A stretch of DNA of 63,857 nucleotides, counting the filler, from Octopus bimaculoides (lineage: Eukaryota): assembly GCF_001194135.2 (NCBI RefSeq). It is 5 parts of 5 records of this genome, joined end to end, with 100 filler letters (N's around TTAATTAATTAA, not from the genome) between each part and the next. Parts side by side here need not be neighbours in the genome. Positions count along the whole stretch, not along the records: positions 50,639 to 61,424 come from NC_068982.1; positions 61,525 to 63,857 come from NC_068986.1; 3 more parts are not named here. One strand, given 5' to 3'. The position numbers and the translations under genes are program-made. The notes under the pieces were generated by a model, which searched no databases, was not told the DNA's origin, and was given only the letters and a program-made list of their open reading frames with translations. Of the stretch, positions 52,467 to 63,857 are shown piece after piece. The stretch's first letter is position 1, and every line of letters begins with the position of its first letter.

Positions 52467-53750
52467 TTTCTTTTATTTGGCACACAGGCCATGACACAGA
52501 GAGGACGGCACAAGGACAAAACAAAAAACATTTAGGGGCTGAGGTTATACATTAGTTAGTTCGTTTAAAAATCGAATATAATGAAATCGGATGAATTTAC
52601 ACATTACAATGAAATCGAAATGAATTTAAAAATTAAACGCCGGTTTTTCCCCTTTTTTCCTTTTTATAATACCTTTTTTGTTGTTTTTTCTTCCGTTTTT
52701 CTCCTTCTTTTCCGTTCAGACCGGCTACGTTAGCGCGGCCCTATTTACTCTCAACTGCCTTACAATATTTGTCCATCTTTTCTCAAACGTTCTTTGAGGC
52801 AGGCACCTTTTCTCCAGACTGATCTTTCTGGACAGCTGGTAGTTAAAAAAACTAACCAACCCGTGTCCGGAGATAAAGTTGCCTGTCTCAATTCCTCTTC
52901 CAGGCGTCACCCATACTATCTCTTTCAATGCGGCTACTACGCATAAAAATGACGCCTCCTTATCCATGTTAAAGGAGGGAGGCGGCACAATCTTGATGAT
53001 AGAATCAGTTGATAACCGTACTCTTTCCGCATCTGATACCAGTTGTTCGACATCGGTTACCAGTCCCTTCAGTTCCTCACAATGTACGAAGGCGTGCGTG
53101 ACAGTTTCACTGACACGCCCGCACCTCGGGCATGTAGGTGGGGTACCAGCACTATGCCTTGACAACCTCTCTCGAACTGGCAAGGCCGATCGGTAGCACA
53201 ACCAGGCCAGGGATTTCTGGAAGTTGTCCAGATACCCGGCCCGAATATTCTTCCGAACAGGTTGACAAGCTGTTCCTCATCGAAGCCTAGAATCTCCCCC
53301 AGGACGTCGTCGGACATATGCTCTACCAACCCGCTATAAAAATCCGCAGTGATAGCCCCGCTGCCGGTATTGCTCGCTCGGGAGAACAGAGCAAGTGCAT
53401 GTCTGCACTCACTCTGCCATACGCTCGTTTTCGGTCTCCACGTGATTCATGTGCCTACGTCCTGCAGGGACGTCAAATGTGGCAGGAAGTACTTGACATG
53501 CGGCGACCACATACGTTCACCATCCAGGTGGAGCCAGAGGTGCCTCAGCCTCAGCGCATACATACGCATCATCAGCCAAAGCATCCCTAACTCACCCTTT
53601 AACGGTTTCTGGCTGCAGATGGAGCGCCTCACAAGAGGTGGTTTCCCATTCCACAAAAAGCAGAAAAGGATCCGTTCCAGCTTGGTCAGTCACACACTGG
53701 GGCAAGGCACAACGGTTAGGCAGTAGGTTTTCACAGATCCTATAAACACC
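52466..53750 (-). mobile_element. L1/Tx1-clade LINE 3' portion
   Basis: WNGKPPLVRRSICSQKPLKGELGMLWL..R.YALRLRHL and CYRSALPVRERL...TCPRCGRVSETVTHAFVHC (zf-RVT-like), then a 3' UTR ending AATAAAAGAAA at ~52477-52467. A Pro/Thr-rich segment at 54303-54490 may belong to it across the gap. Confidence 0.8.
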
Positions 53751-55019
53751 NNNNNNNNNNNNNNNNNNNNNNNNNNNNNNNNNNNNNNNNNNNNNNNNNN
53801 NNNNNNNNNNNNNNNNNNNNNNNNNNNNNNNNNNNNNNNNNNNNNNNNNNNNNNNNNNNNNNNNNNNNNNNNNNNNNNNNNNNNNNNNNNNNNNNNNNNN
53901 NNNNNNNNNNNNNNNNNNNNNNNNNNNNNNNNNNNNNNNNNNNNNNNNNNNNNNNNNNNNNNNNNNNNNNNNNNNNNNNNNNNNNNNNNNNNNNNNNNNN
54001 NNNNNNNNNNNNNNNNNNNNNNNNNNNNNNNNNNNNNNNNNNNNNNNNNNNNNNNNNNNNNNNNNNNNNNNNNNNNNNNNNNNNNNNNNNNNNNNNNNNN
54101 NNNNNNNNNNNNNNNNNNNNNNNNNNNNNNNNNNNNNNNNNNNNNNNNNNNNNNNNNNNNNNNNNNNNNNNNNNNNNNNNNNNNNNNNNNNNNNNNNNNN
54201 NNNNNNNNNNNNNNNNNNNNNNNNNNNNNNNNNNNNNNNNNNNNNNNNNNNNNNNNNNNNNNNNNNNNNNNNNNNNNNNNNNNNNNNNNNNNNNNNNNNN
54301 NNTAATGGGTGTCGGTGAGGAGGGTGGTGTTGGAGAGGTAAAGGTAAGTGCGGCAGCGTGGGCGGGAGCAGGGGAACGAGCCGGGTTGGGAGATTGGGTT
54401 AGGGAAGAAGCTGTGGGCCAAGAGGTTTCGTAGGTTGTGGGCTCGTTTGAAGGAGGGGATGGGTCGGTTAGGGAAGATGTGCGAAGTGGAGGGGTCGGAC
54501 TGGAGTCGTGAGTTTGATACAAATACTGGGTATCGCGTTATGCCCTTGGAAAAGGCACTTCATTTCGTGCATCGTTATGGTAAACAACGTTAGGTATGTT
54601 GGCTTACACTTACTGGCATATTTACATTAACGTATGTGTATTTTTCAGTTGCTACCTGCACTTTTAGATTAAACATAAACAACACTGCAGTGACACTAGA
54701 AGGAGAATAAAAGACATTTTTGAAGACTTGCTACTCATACTGCACGCATCAGTGAAATTTTTGTTCTGGGTGCCATGGAGCTGAAGTTCTTTTTCCCATC
54801 GTCTCACCTTTGCAGCATGTGTGTCCAGTCAGTGATGCTGTCTTTGATTTGCTTGTCTTGTTTTATGGAAGAACATACTGCAAGTGGCCTCGTCCTTCCG
54901 GCACAGTCAACAAGTAAAGTAGAACTACAATCTACTGAAAACTCACTTCAGCTGAAAACTGAGAAACCAATCACCAAGGACAATGGTAAGTTAACATATC
55001 TTTACAATCCTTATAGTGG

Positions 55020-55800
55020 TTCGAATGGATAACAGAATCGGGAGAGTAGCGGACAATTACGTTGTAATTTTATTGAGTCCCTTCATATTTTATGTCGAAA
55101 TTCCATTTAGATCAGATTTGTATTTCGTTTTATCAGGCCGATAACTGGATCGTTTCATCAGGTTGATACCTGTTCAACATAACTCCCACAAAACACCAAT
55201 ACTAGGACACCCTGTGCATGCAAAACGGATTTGTTGCCCTGCATGCGTCTCGAACAGGCCGAGCTAACGATATTTGCATGTCTGTAGGGTTTATTTCGAA
55301 TTCTACAATGGTCCCACTCCATAGCACTACAAGGGCATGGATTTCTGGATATTAGGGTTAGGGTGGTCTGGCGCGAAAGTCATCAAGAACGTATCAGCCT
55401 GTTGATTTTCCTTGAAAACGTTACCGCTTTTATCCTACATTAATCCTCTACAGGACGCCAACGTGAAACTTCCACCTACCGCATTGCGCAACTGGTAGAG
55501 AGCTGCGAGCACTTGACGACATTTCAGATTCCAAGCACCCTGTCTTGGTCTTTGCTTGGCCCAGGACTGTAGCTTTTAAAGAAGACCAACTGTAGAAAAA
55601 CGCGTCTGACAAACGGCGACCACACCTATTCACCGTCAAAGAATTGCAGGAGATATTGTAGCCTCAGCGCATACCTGCATATCACAAGCTATGGAACTCC
55701 CAATCCTTCATAGAAGCAATTGGAGCGCTTGACCAGTGAAAATCGTCTTTTCCTCAAAAAGTGGAAGAGCAGATGCTCCAATCTGGTCGGATGAGAACTG
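55020..55800 (-). mobile_element. Second, more degraded Tx1-like fragment
   Basis: Nucleotide similarity to 53300-53700 (GCCTCAGCGCATAC..., GGAGCGC...). Minus strand IQKSMPL*CY resembles FQKSLAWQCYR. Confidence 0.55.
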
Positions 55801-56098
55801 GAGCAAAAAGTGGAAATAAATGACTGAGGCGATATAGGCGTTCGCTACTTCTGCCTAAACACAAGGCTATAATGCTCCCCACTAATTCTGCTCGTGATCA
55901 GAGATGCACATATCGTTAGCCACCAAAGGACAAGCTCAACTGTTTATGGTCAAACAACTGACAAGCAAATCTGTGGTATTGAGCAGAATATTTGCTGTAG
56001 CCACCTTTTACACGAAGACAAAACAATGTACATGATAGCACTTCCAATCAGTTGAAATCAGAAGTCATGAGAGCCAGTGCCTGATACTGCACTAGGGC

Positions 56099-56161
<63 letters not shown>

Positions 56162-56844
56162 TATTATTATTATTGAAGACGTCGCAAAGTATCCTATATT
56201 GTGATGTAGACTGAAGATATAGTGTGTACCAGTGGTTTGTAGTGTCCGTCAAGTCACAGCAAGGAACTCCGGCAGACAGTACTGTACTCAGTATGCGTGC
56301 AGTACTAAGTAAAGCCGATTTTTGCAATACACCAAGATTGTAGGGTATTTCTAAAGTGTCCAGATGTTTCTTCACGTTGAGTGGTATTGGACCCAATGCT
56401 CCGATGACAATAGGGAAACCTTTATGTTTGACTTTCGTACCTGCTACATCTTAGCGATCTCAATTCTCAGGTCTCTATATTTATCGATATTTTCTCTTTC
56501 TTTCATGATATGTTGATCTGGCACTGCCACGTCGATTATTAGGCACTCTTTCATGTCCCTCCTAAAGGCTACTATATCCGGTCTTCAGTGCTCTAGCATT
56601 TTGTCTGTCTGGAAGTCAAAGCCTTCCTGTTTTCGTCCATTATCATTTCCGGTGTATGTTCATACCAAGCCCCCGTTATCTCGTTATTTTCGACATAATA
56701 ACCAGTGAAGATTTTGGGCTACCTTGTCGTGTCTCCACTTGTACTCTTTCTGCGCAAGACTTTCACAAGCACTAATAATGTGAGTCACACTTTCGACTTT
56801 CTTCTTTCACATTTTGCAGAGGTTCGTTGCGCTTATGAGGTATA

Positions 56845-57739
56845 CGAGGTCTGACCAATAAGTATCTGGATTGTTGCCATAGTAACAAAACTAAAGCATG
56901 CAGAGTAAAGCCGTTGGGAACAAATTGACCTTGAACTCTGCTGTGTATGCGCATTACGTTTTAACATTGTAGCTCACTTCCGCTGTTTACAGCAGTGCTT
57001 GGAAGGAAGGTGTGTAGCGTGTGATCGTCACATTGACCATGACAGAGAAAGTTGTCATGGCAATACCTGTTCAGAGGCCTACTCAAAGTTGCAGAAAGTG
57101 TATGGAGTGAAGTGTATGAGCCACACACAAGTGTACGAGTGGTCCAGATGTTTCCAAGATGGCTGAAAAAATGTCGATATTTACGAACGTTCTGGGAGAC
57201 CCGCAACCAGCAGAACTGAGAAGAACTTCGCTGATGTGCGTGCAGCTGTGAGGTGAAATCGTCGAATCACCATCCTAGAGTTATCAGAGGATGTGCAGAT
57301 TAGTTACGGTTCAGTTCAGTCCATTATCACCGAAGATTTTGATATGAGACGCGTGTCTGCTAAGTTTGTGCCAAAACTGCTTTCAGCTGACCAAAAAGAC
57401 TCTCGGGTTTCAGTTGCACAAGATCGTCTTGTTTGTGTCGAGAACAATGAAAACTTTTTGAAAACTTTGCTTAGGCCTCTAAGCAGGTACCACCAAGCTT
57501 TTGACAAAGTTTGATGCAGATTCTCTGCTCAACTTTCTCTGTCATGGTCAATGCAGCTATCACACGCTACATACCGTCCTTCCAAGCACTGCCGTAAACA
57601 GCAGAAGTGAGCTAGAACTTTAAAACTTAGTGTGCATGCGCACTATCATTCAAGGCCAATCTGTGCCAAGTGGCTTCACTCTGCATGCTTTAGCTTCGTT
57701 ACTATGGCAACAGTCCAGATACTTATTGATCAGACCACG
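56845..57739 (+). mobile_element. Mariner derivative made of two head-to-head 5' ends
   Basis: TA TSD; ~210-bp inverted arms; transposase N-terminal remnants on both strands (QVYEWSRCFQDG..SGRP..MRRVSAKFVPKLL on +; MTEKVEQRICIKLCQKLG on -). Confidence 0.9.
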
Positions 57740-58158
57740 TATATCACTTTTCACTGAGTCGGTATTGAATGCCTGATCCTGGGTAGCGATGATTAAGCTT
57801 TCAGTCTTCTTTTTAAGGTCACCTTTGCTGAGCCACATCAATAATGCTTCCTGGTCTTTTAAGTTGTTAGTTTTACGGTGGAACTGACCATGTAATTCTA
57901 TGCGGAGTAGTGATTCTTCTCTCCCGTTGGCTATTCGTGATCGAAATTCGTTAGCAGTCTCAACTCGATTGTTGGTAAATCCTTCGGCAGGCCACGTCCA
58001 CCTTTACACCTCTTCATGCAGAGCCTACGTACGTTCGTCTTAGGACGGAGGGCACCATGCATTGCTATCGTCTTTCGAGTAGTTCGATCGAGTTGGTCAA
58101 TCTCCGCTCATGTCCATTTCAGAATGGGTGCACTATAGCAGACTACAGCAACAGCTAT

Positions 58159-58878
58159 AGGGGGTTCCTATAAGGTTGTTCCCTGATTGGAACTCTCCCG
58201 TATGACATGTACGCATGCTCAGTGACTTGCTTTAACAGTTGCAATCAGCTGAATGCACATTGCCAGTGACCTTTGACATAATTACCCACACTCTGTGGTC
58301 AGGATTCTTTTTTTGGTTTGATGTCGGTATTGAAGGGATTACCAGACACCGGACAATACAGTGAGAGCAGCTTTCACTCACATCGTGGTAGTCGATGCTG
58401 TGTACGTATCTGTCGTGGTAAAATATGCCACTCCTTAACTGTTGCTTTGATTTCAGCCGTAGCACGAGGTAATTATAAATGTCATTATCTGTGAAATTCG
58501 GCAACTTACAAAGATCAGGCAATTCTTCACCGAGAGGAGATATAAGCTTCTGCTTATTTCTGTCTGAAGTATCGTCCGATACTTCAGACTTATCGTCCGA
58601 TGAATTTACTTTGTTGACATTCTTCATCGACAGAATTTTTATACCTTTCAACCTTTCAATCAAGTCCGCCTTTCTTCCTGTAACATACTGTCCATATAAT
58701 CTTAAATATTTCTTTAACTCAGGCACAGTAAGTACTTCGATAGCTGAATCATCAAGCTGCTTTATATCCATGATAAGACGTAAAACAATAACAATGGCGT
58801 GGATAGTCTGCGGAAGTTTAATTGTCTACATGGAGCGCCGCCTAGCCAAGGTTGATAACCTACTTATAGGAAAGCCCT
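58159..58878 (-). mobile_element. 720-bp TIR DNA transposon derivative (ISL2EU/PIF-Harbinger-like)
   Basis: TIR AGGG(GG/CT)TTCCTATAAG (14/16), with AT on both sides (TATA if the termini are taken as GGG/CCC). It interrupts the LINE motif TINI..AVAVVCYSAP. Confidence 0.8.
58232..58771 (-). CDS. 179-aa SAP-domain + truncated SWIM zinc-finger protein (transposon accessory ORF)
   Basis: LTVPELKKYLRLYGQYVTGRKADLIERL is a SAP motif. FTDNDIYNYLV...HRVWVIMSKVTGNVHSADCNC* resembles the start of a SWIM finger in SWIM-YqaJ proteins. No internal stops. Confidence 0.7.
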   Translation of the reverse strand: MDIKQLDDSAIEVLTVPELKKYLRLYGQYVTGRKADLIERLKGIKILSMKNVNKVNSSDDKSEVSDDTSDRNKQKLISPLGEELPDLCKLPNFTDNDIYNYLVLRLKSKQQLRSGIFYHDRYVHSIDYHDVSESCSHCIVRCLVIPSIPTSNQKKNPDHRVWVIMSKVTGNVHSADCNC

Positions 58879-61261
58879 ATATGTTGATGGTAGTCACAAG
58901 GTTTCTTGCATTGAGTTTTAACTCCGAGAGAAGTTTGAGGTGCTTCAAATATGCAGTGGTGACCTTGTCTTTCACTTCTCTGTGCAAGATATTGTCTCGC
59001 TTCAGGATTCCAAAGTACTTGTATCACCATCATGCTGGTCTCCCATTCGCTCTCTTTTTGGCAATTCAATGTCCCTACAATATGCTCTTCCCCCACTCCG
59101 TTTCAAAGTGAGCACCGCACACGTTGAGAACCTAAATCCCATTTCTATATTCTTGCAGCACATCAGTACATTCTCAACTAGCCCCTCTATTTCATGCCCT
59201 GTTTTGTGAACAGTTTTAAATCATCCACGAAGAGAAGGTGGTGGAGACGAGGTCCCTTCTTACTTAGCTCGTAGTGCGCGTTGACTTAGCGTAGAACTAC
59301 AGAAAGTAGAATCAAGGCTATAACAAATAGCAAAGTTAAACAAGGATCTCCATAGAAAATACCTCTTTTGATTGTTACCTCGGCTAAGTGCTTGTTACAG
59401 AAAAGACGTGTTTTCCAAATAGGTATGCTGTTCTTGATCAGTGCACGCACGTTCTCAGCAACTTCATACATGTCGAGCGTTTACAGAATTCACGAATGCG
59501 GCAACATGTCATAAGTCTTTTTAAAGTCTTATCCAGGCCGTGCATAAGTTTTTTGGTGCTGTTTGCATTTCTTCATTACGACCTTGTCTATCACAAGGTG
59601 GTCATTGATGCTCTTGGATCCTTTTCGGTATCCCTTTTGTTCTACTAGAAGTAGATTGTTTTCCACATGGAGCGTATATATTTTCCCTACGCGGCTGCCT
59701 GTTAACATTTTCCATTAGAGGTTAAGACAAGCAATAGGTCGGTAATTACCAACCTCATTACCATTTGACCGATCTTTCATCAACGATGTCTTTCCATCTA
59801 TAATCCATCAGGAACTGCACCACTCTGTAGTCAATTATCTAATTGCTAACCAGTTTGGGTGTTGACCTAAACCACTTGAGCCAGTAGCCTTGGATTGCAT
59901 CTGGCTCTGTCGCTTTCCAGTTTGGCAGTTTTCATACCTGTATAACATCTTCCGTTGTTATGCGTACATGATCCTGCCTTGGAGGAGCCTCAAGGTGATG
60001 GATTTCGGATCTCACGGAATGAATCCACTCAGCACCGTGGTTGTGGGAAGCCTCTTGCCCCAAGATGTTGTTCCAAAATTGGCGGGTTTCCTCTGCGTCT
60101 CCACCTAAGCTCTTAGTAAAAACTGCCTCTGTTTTAATGGAACTGCGATTTACGAGCAGTGTAGCGTTACACCTTCAATGTTTTTGCCCGAATACGTTGT
60201 TTTAGCGTTTCGATAACAGTTTTGAACCCTCTCTTTTCTATATGGTATTTTGTTTCAAGATATGCCGTCACACCTTCTTTAGTATGTTTCCATTGCTCTT
60301 CGGGCCATTCTTCTATGCAACTCAGATTTTTTCGCAAGGTTTCAATATCCCCTTCGATTCTCCGCTTCGATCATAGCTCCTTCTGTCCGTCAGATTTCCT
60401 CTCATTTCTTCCAACCAGTTTACCTACTAATACTGAAGCAGATTTAATGAAGTCCCTTGTTTCCGATATGTCTTTCTTTGGAATATACTTCAGGATTCCT
60501 TCAATCTTTTGGGTTGCGCGTTTCCCACTGTCACGGTCGAAGCCTCTCAAATTCACCGGATAGCTCTCTGCTCTTGGAATAATTATTTCTTCGAGTCTTA
60601 TCATTAGGTCCCTCTGTTATATTGATTCCTTCTCGCAAGTTCTTCTCTTCTATTACACCTTCACCTTGCCTATTCTTCCGCGGATCTTCACCTACTTTAT
60701 TCCGCTTGAGGTTATCATCACTACAGAGGCATTTTCTGATTGTCTGAATTTAGGTTTCATTAAGAAAGCCTCTATTCCGAATCATTCTTATTTGACCCAT
60801 GAGCCCATTGTCAGTAATCTGTAAAAATATACCCAACTGGTTCCAAAGTTCTTACGATATCTTGCCGACAGTTTTATATTTGCCATTGCTCTTGTCTAGT
60901 AAAGCTTGTTCATGGCACCTAATTGACTTTTCGTTTATATAGACAAGCCACTTGCGTTTGCAATGCATATCATGACTATGAAAGGATCACGACCGGGTGG
61001 AGTCTGGTCTTCCACTTCATTGTCCTCTGAAGGACCCCTGTTGGGTGCGGGAAATCTGGTGTCTTGGACACCTTCTCATTCACGCCATCATTTGGATTGG
61101 TATCAGTTATCATCATTGCAATGAATAAGAATAATTTTCTACAGGGTTTATTCACTGAGTGTGTTTAGCTGAGATTTTCATGTAAAGGATCACCCCAAAT
61201 ACGACAACAGTTCTAACTTTGTTGCCGGTCAAGGCCTAGGAATGCCAAGTTAAGATTTAGC

Positions 61262-61295
<34 letters not shown>

Positions 61296-61302
61296 TAATA
61301 AA

Positions 61303-61404
<102 letters not shown>

Positions 61405-61723
61405 TATTATTATTTTACTTTTCGNNNNNNNNNNNNNNNNNNNNNNNNNNNNNNNNNNNNNNNNNNNNTTAATTAATTAANNNNNNNNNNNNNNNNNNNN
61501 NNNNNNNNNNNNNNNNNNNNNNNNACAATTCTGTACAAAGAGAACCCTTCCTATCGTACATTGTAATAATAATATGTTGGACTGCTTTTGTTGTCTTCTC
61601 TGATCATTTATTTGGAAATTGATTCATGCTAACATTGTACGGCATTTTTTTTTTCAAATAGGACAAAAATTATATTTTGCCTTGCCTGATTTGTTTCACT
61701 GTTACACATCATAAACAATGCCC

Positions 61724-61773
<50 letters not shown>

Positions 61774-62484
61774 GTTATTATTATTATTTGTTTAGTGTTG
61801 TAAATTCAATTCTATTCCTTGTCGGCAACGAGACACTTAATTTTGTAACAAACAAATACGCACATGTCCATAAGCACGCACACACAGACGGACACATACT
61901 CACACACACACACACACACACACACGTGTGTGCATAACGTATATGAAGTGTCCAGGTACATATAAAGCGTATATATGTGAGTACATACATGTATATATAT
62001 GAATATATATATATGTAGATATCAGACACACACACAAACACTCACATATATATAGACATATATACAAGCGCACAGAAATACACAAAGGCATTCTCACACA
62101 TATTCATATATATATATATATANNNNNNNNNNNNNNNNNNNNNNNNNNNNNNNNNNNNNNNNNNNNNNNNNNNNNNNNNNNNNNNNNNNNNNNNNNNNNN
62201 NNNNNNNNNNNNNNNNNNNNNNNNNNNNNNNNNNNNNNNNNNNNNNNNNNNNNNNNNNNNNNNNNNNNNNNNNNNNNNNNNNNNNNNNNNNNNNNNNNNN
62301 NNNNNNNNNNNNNNNNNNNNNNNNNNNNNNNNNNNNNNNNNNNNNNNNNNNNNNNNNNNNNNNNNNNNNNNNNNNNNNNNNNNNNNNNNNNNNNNNNNNN
62401 NNNNNNNNNNNNNNNNNNNNNNNNNNNNNNNNNNNNNNNNNNNNNNNNNNNNNNNNNNNNNNNNNNNNNNNNNNNNNNNNNNNN

Positions 62485-62528
<44 letters not shown>

Positions 62529-62765
62529 TACACATAGAGAGAGACACCCACCCACCCACACGTAAATTTATTTCTTATTCTAACTATTCGTATATGGGAA
62601 GAATGAAGGGTGTGTGAATGTGTCAAAATAGTGAAAGTGTAGCGAATACATAAATTTGAAATATATATTTTCCATTATTCACATATTGCTTCGATTTCCT
62701 TGTGCAGAACGTTTGTTTACAAACACACACAGCCACAACAACGTGATCTATATATTTATCTATCC

Positions 62766-62824
<59 letters not shown>

Positions 62825-62825
62825 A

Positions 62826-62862
<37 letters not shown>

Positions 62863-63374
62863 GCTATCTATCTATCAATCTATCTATATATCTATCTATC
62901 CACCTGTGTAGATATAGCGTTGTTTCCTCGTACAGCATACACGTGATAAGGAAGACAACTCATGTAAATACTTTACAAATGATTATGTCTTTTGCTTTGC
63001 TCCTGTATAAATTTTTGTAAGTTGATCTATATATAATTTTTGATATATCCGTAGGCTTTGTATCCGCTAAAAGTTTAATTGTACTATTCACATTCATTCA
63101 TACCTTCCTTTCTATAAATGTACACAGCATACGCCACACTTCTTGAACTTTTGGGGATGTATGTACAAGTGTACAATAACTATTTTATGGGAGTGAAAAT
63201 GTATTCAAGTGTTCAGAGGTTAATGAAACTGTAAGTTCATGAAAATATAATTTACACGCCGAATGATGTTTTATATGTGTTACAGATATAAATGTATCTG
63301 CGCAAATCTGTAATAAACATGAGATCACGTTATCGAATAGAGAACGTATATTATTTTTAGTATTATTTTAACAG

Positions 63375-63826
63375 TATTGACACACTTCTGTGTCCTGTCT
63401 GTATTTTAGGGCTAAAAGCAACAGTAACATCCACTCTTAGGGGTCAGCCACATTTAAGTGGCAAATATACTTCACCTCGTCGTGCAGTTACTATTAATAC
63501 CTCGATCAGAGATTTAACATTGCTTGTTTTCACTTTTTCGAGATCAGTGAATTATTTCACTGGAAAAAGTTATATATATATTTGCAAAGGGTTATCTTTC
63601 GCATCGAAGATCGGCGATTGTTGTACGCTGAGGACGGGTAAATACCCAGAAACTCGAGTGTGTACGTATCGCCGATCAAGATGGGAAGGATGACTTCCCT
63701 TTGCAAATACAGACAGGACACAGATGTGTGTCAATAGCCAGCTGGAGGAGATGCTCTCCTGGTGATAAAAGCAACAGTAACATCCACCCTTAGGGGTCAG
63801 CCACATTGAAGTGGCAAATATACTTC

Positions 63827-63830
<4 letters not shown>
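63375..63830 (+). mobile_element. 353-bp retrozyme/PLE-pLTR-like unit with terminal direct repeats and an inverted 5' piece
   Basis: 65-bp direct repeat at 63413-63477 and 63766-63830 (63/65). 63375-63406 is an inverted copy of 63705-63736 (31/32). (TA)n follows. Confidence 0.75.
63609..63677 (+). ncRNA. Minimal type I hammerhead ribozyme motif (probably inactive variant)
   Basis: GATCGGCGAT..TGTACG-CTGAGGA-CGGGT(AAAT)ACCCA-GAAA-CTCGAG-TG-TGTACG.ATCGCCGATC: long stem I with internal loop and palindromic ACTCGAGT stem III. The triplet is GUG, not NUH, and stem II closes C-A. Confidence 0.75.

Positions 63831-63857
<27 letters not shown>

Larger units (their letters stand above)
56161..61262 (-). 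mobile_element. Apparently full-length, decayed R4/Dong LINE in a (TAA)n tract, with two nested DNA transposons
   Basis: Ordered motifs KRGIFYGD, HLLFVDDLK, YKYFGILKRD, YSAPILKW..LDRTTRK..GGRGL, HGQF..WLSKGDLK..QDQA, CKM*..ESVTHIISAC, IGALG and LQKSALL. (AAT)n tail at 56161-56174; (TAA)n on both + strand flanks. Confidence 0.9.

Overview
Repeat-saturated, AT-rich eukaryotic DNA with many microsatellites and scaffold gaps. The repeat content suggests a cephalopod (Octopus-like) draft assembly; this is an inference. No protein-coding host gene can be named with confidence. Well supported: one tRNA-Gln(CUG) gene; many tRNA-head and RTE-tail SINE copies; LINE relics (RTE, CR1-like, Tx1, three R4/Dong pieces); Tc1/mariner, Tigger, hAT-like and Merlin-like DNA elements; and two Penelope-like (PLE) GIY-YIG relics. 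One R4/Dong copy appears full length, sits in a (TAA)n tract and carries two nested DNA transposons. The most interesting signal is two homologous repeats (52241-52466 minus; 63375-63830 plus) that each contain a minimal type I hammerhead ribozyme fold with a palindromic stem III. They share downstream hairpins and both end at (TA)n. The second is a 353-bp direct-repeat-bounded, retrozyme/PLE-pLTR-like unit with an inverted 5' piece. Second is a 720-bp TIR element with an AT target duplication and an uninterrupted SAP + truncated-SWIM ORF (ISL2EU-like). All alignments and counts were made by eye; many repeat boundaries are approximate.
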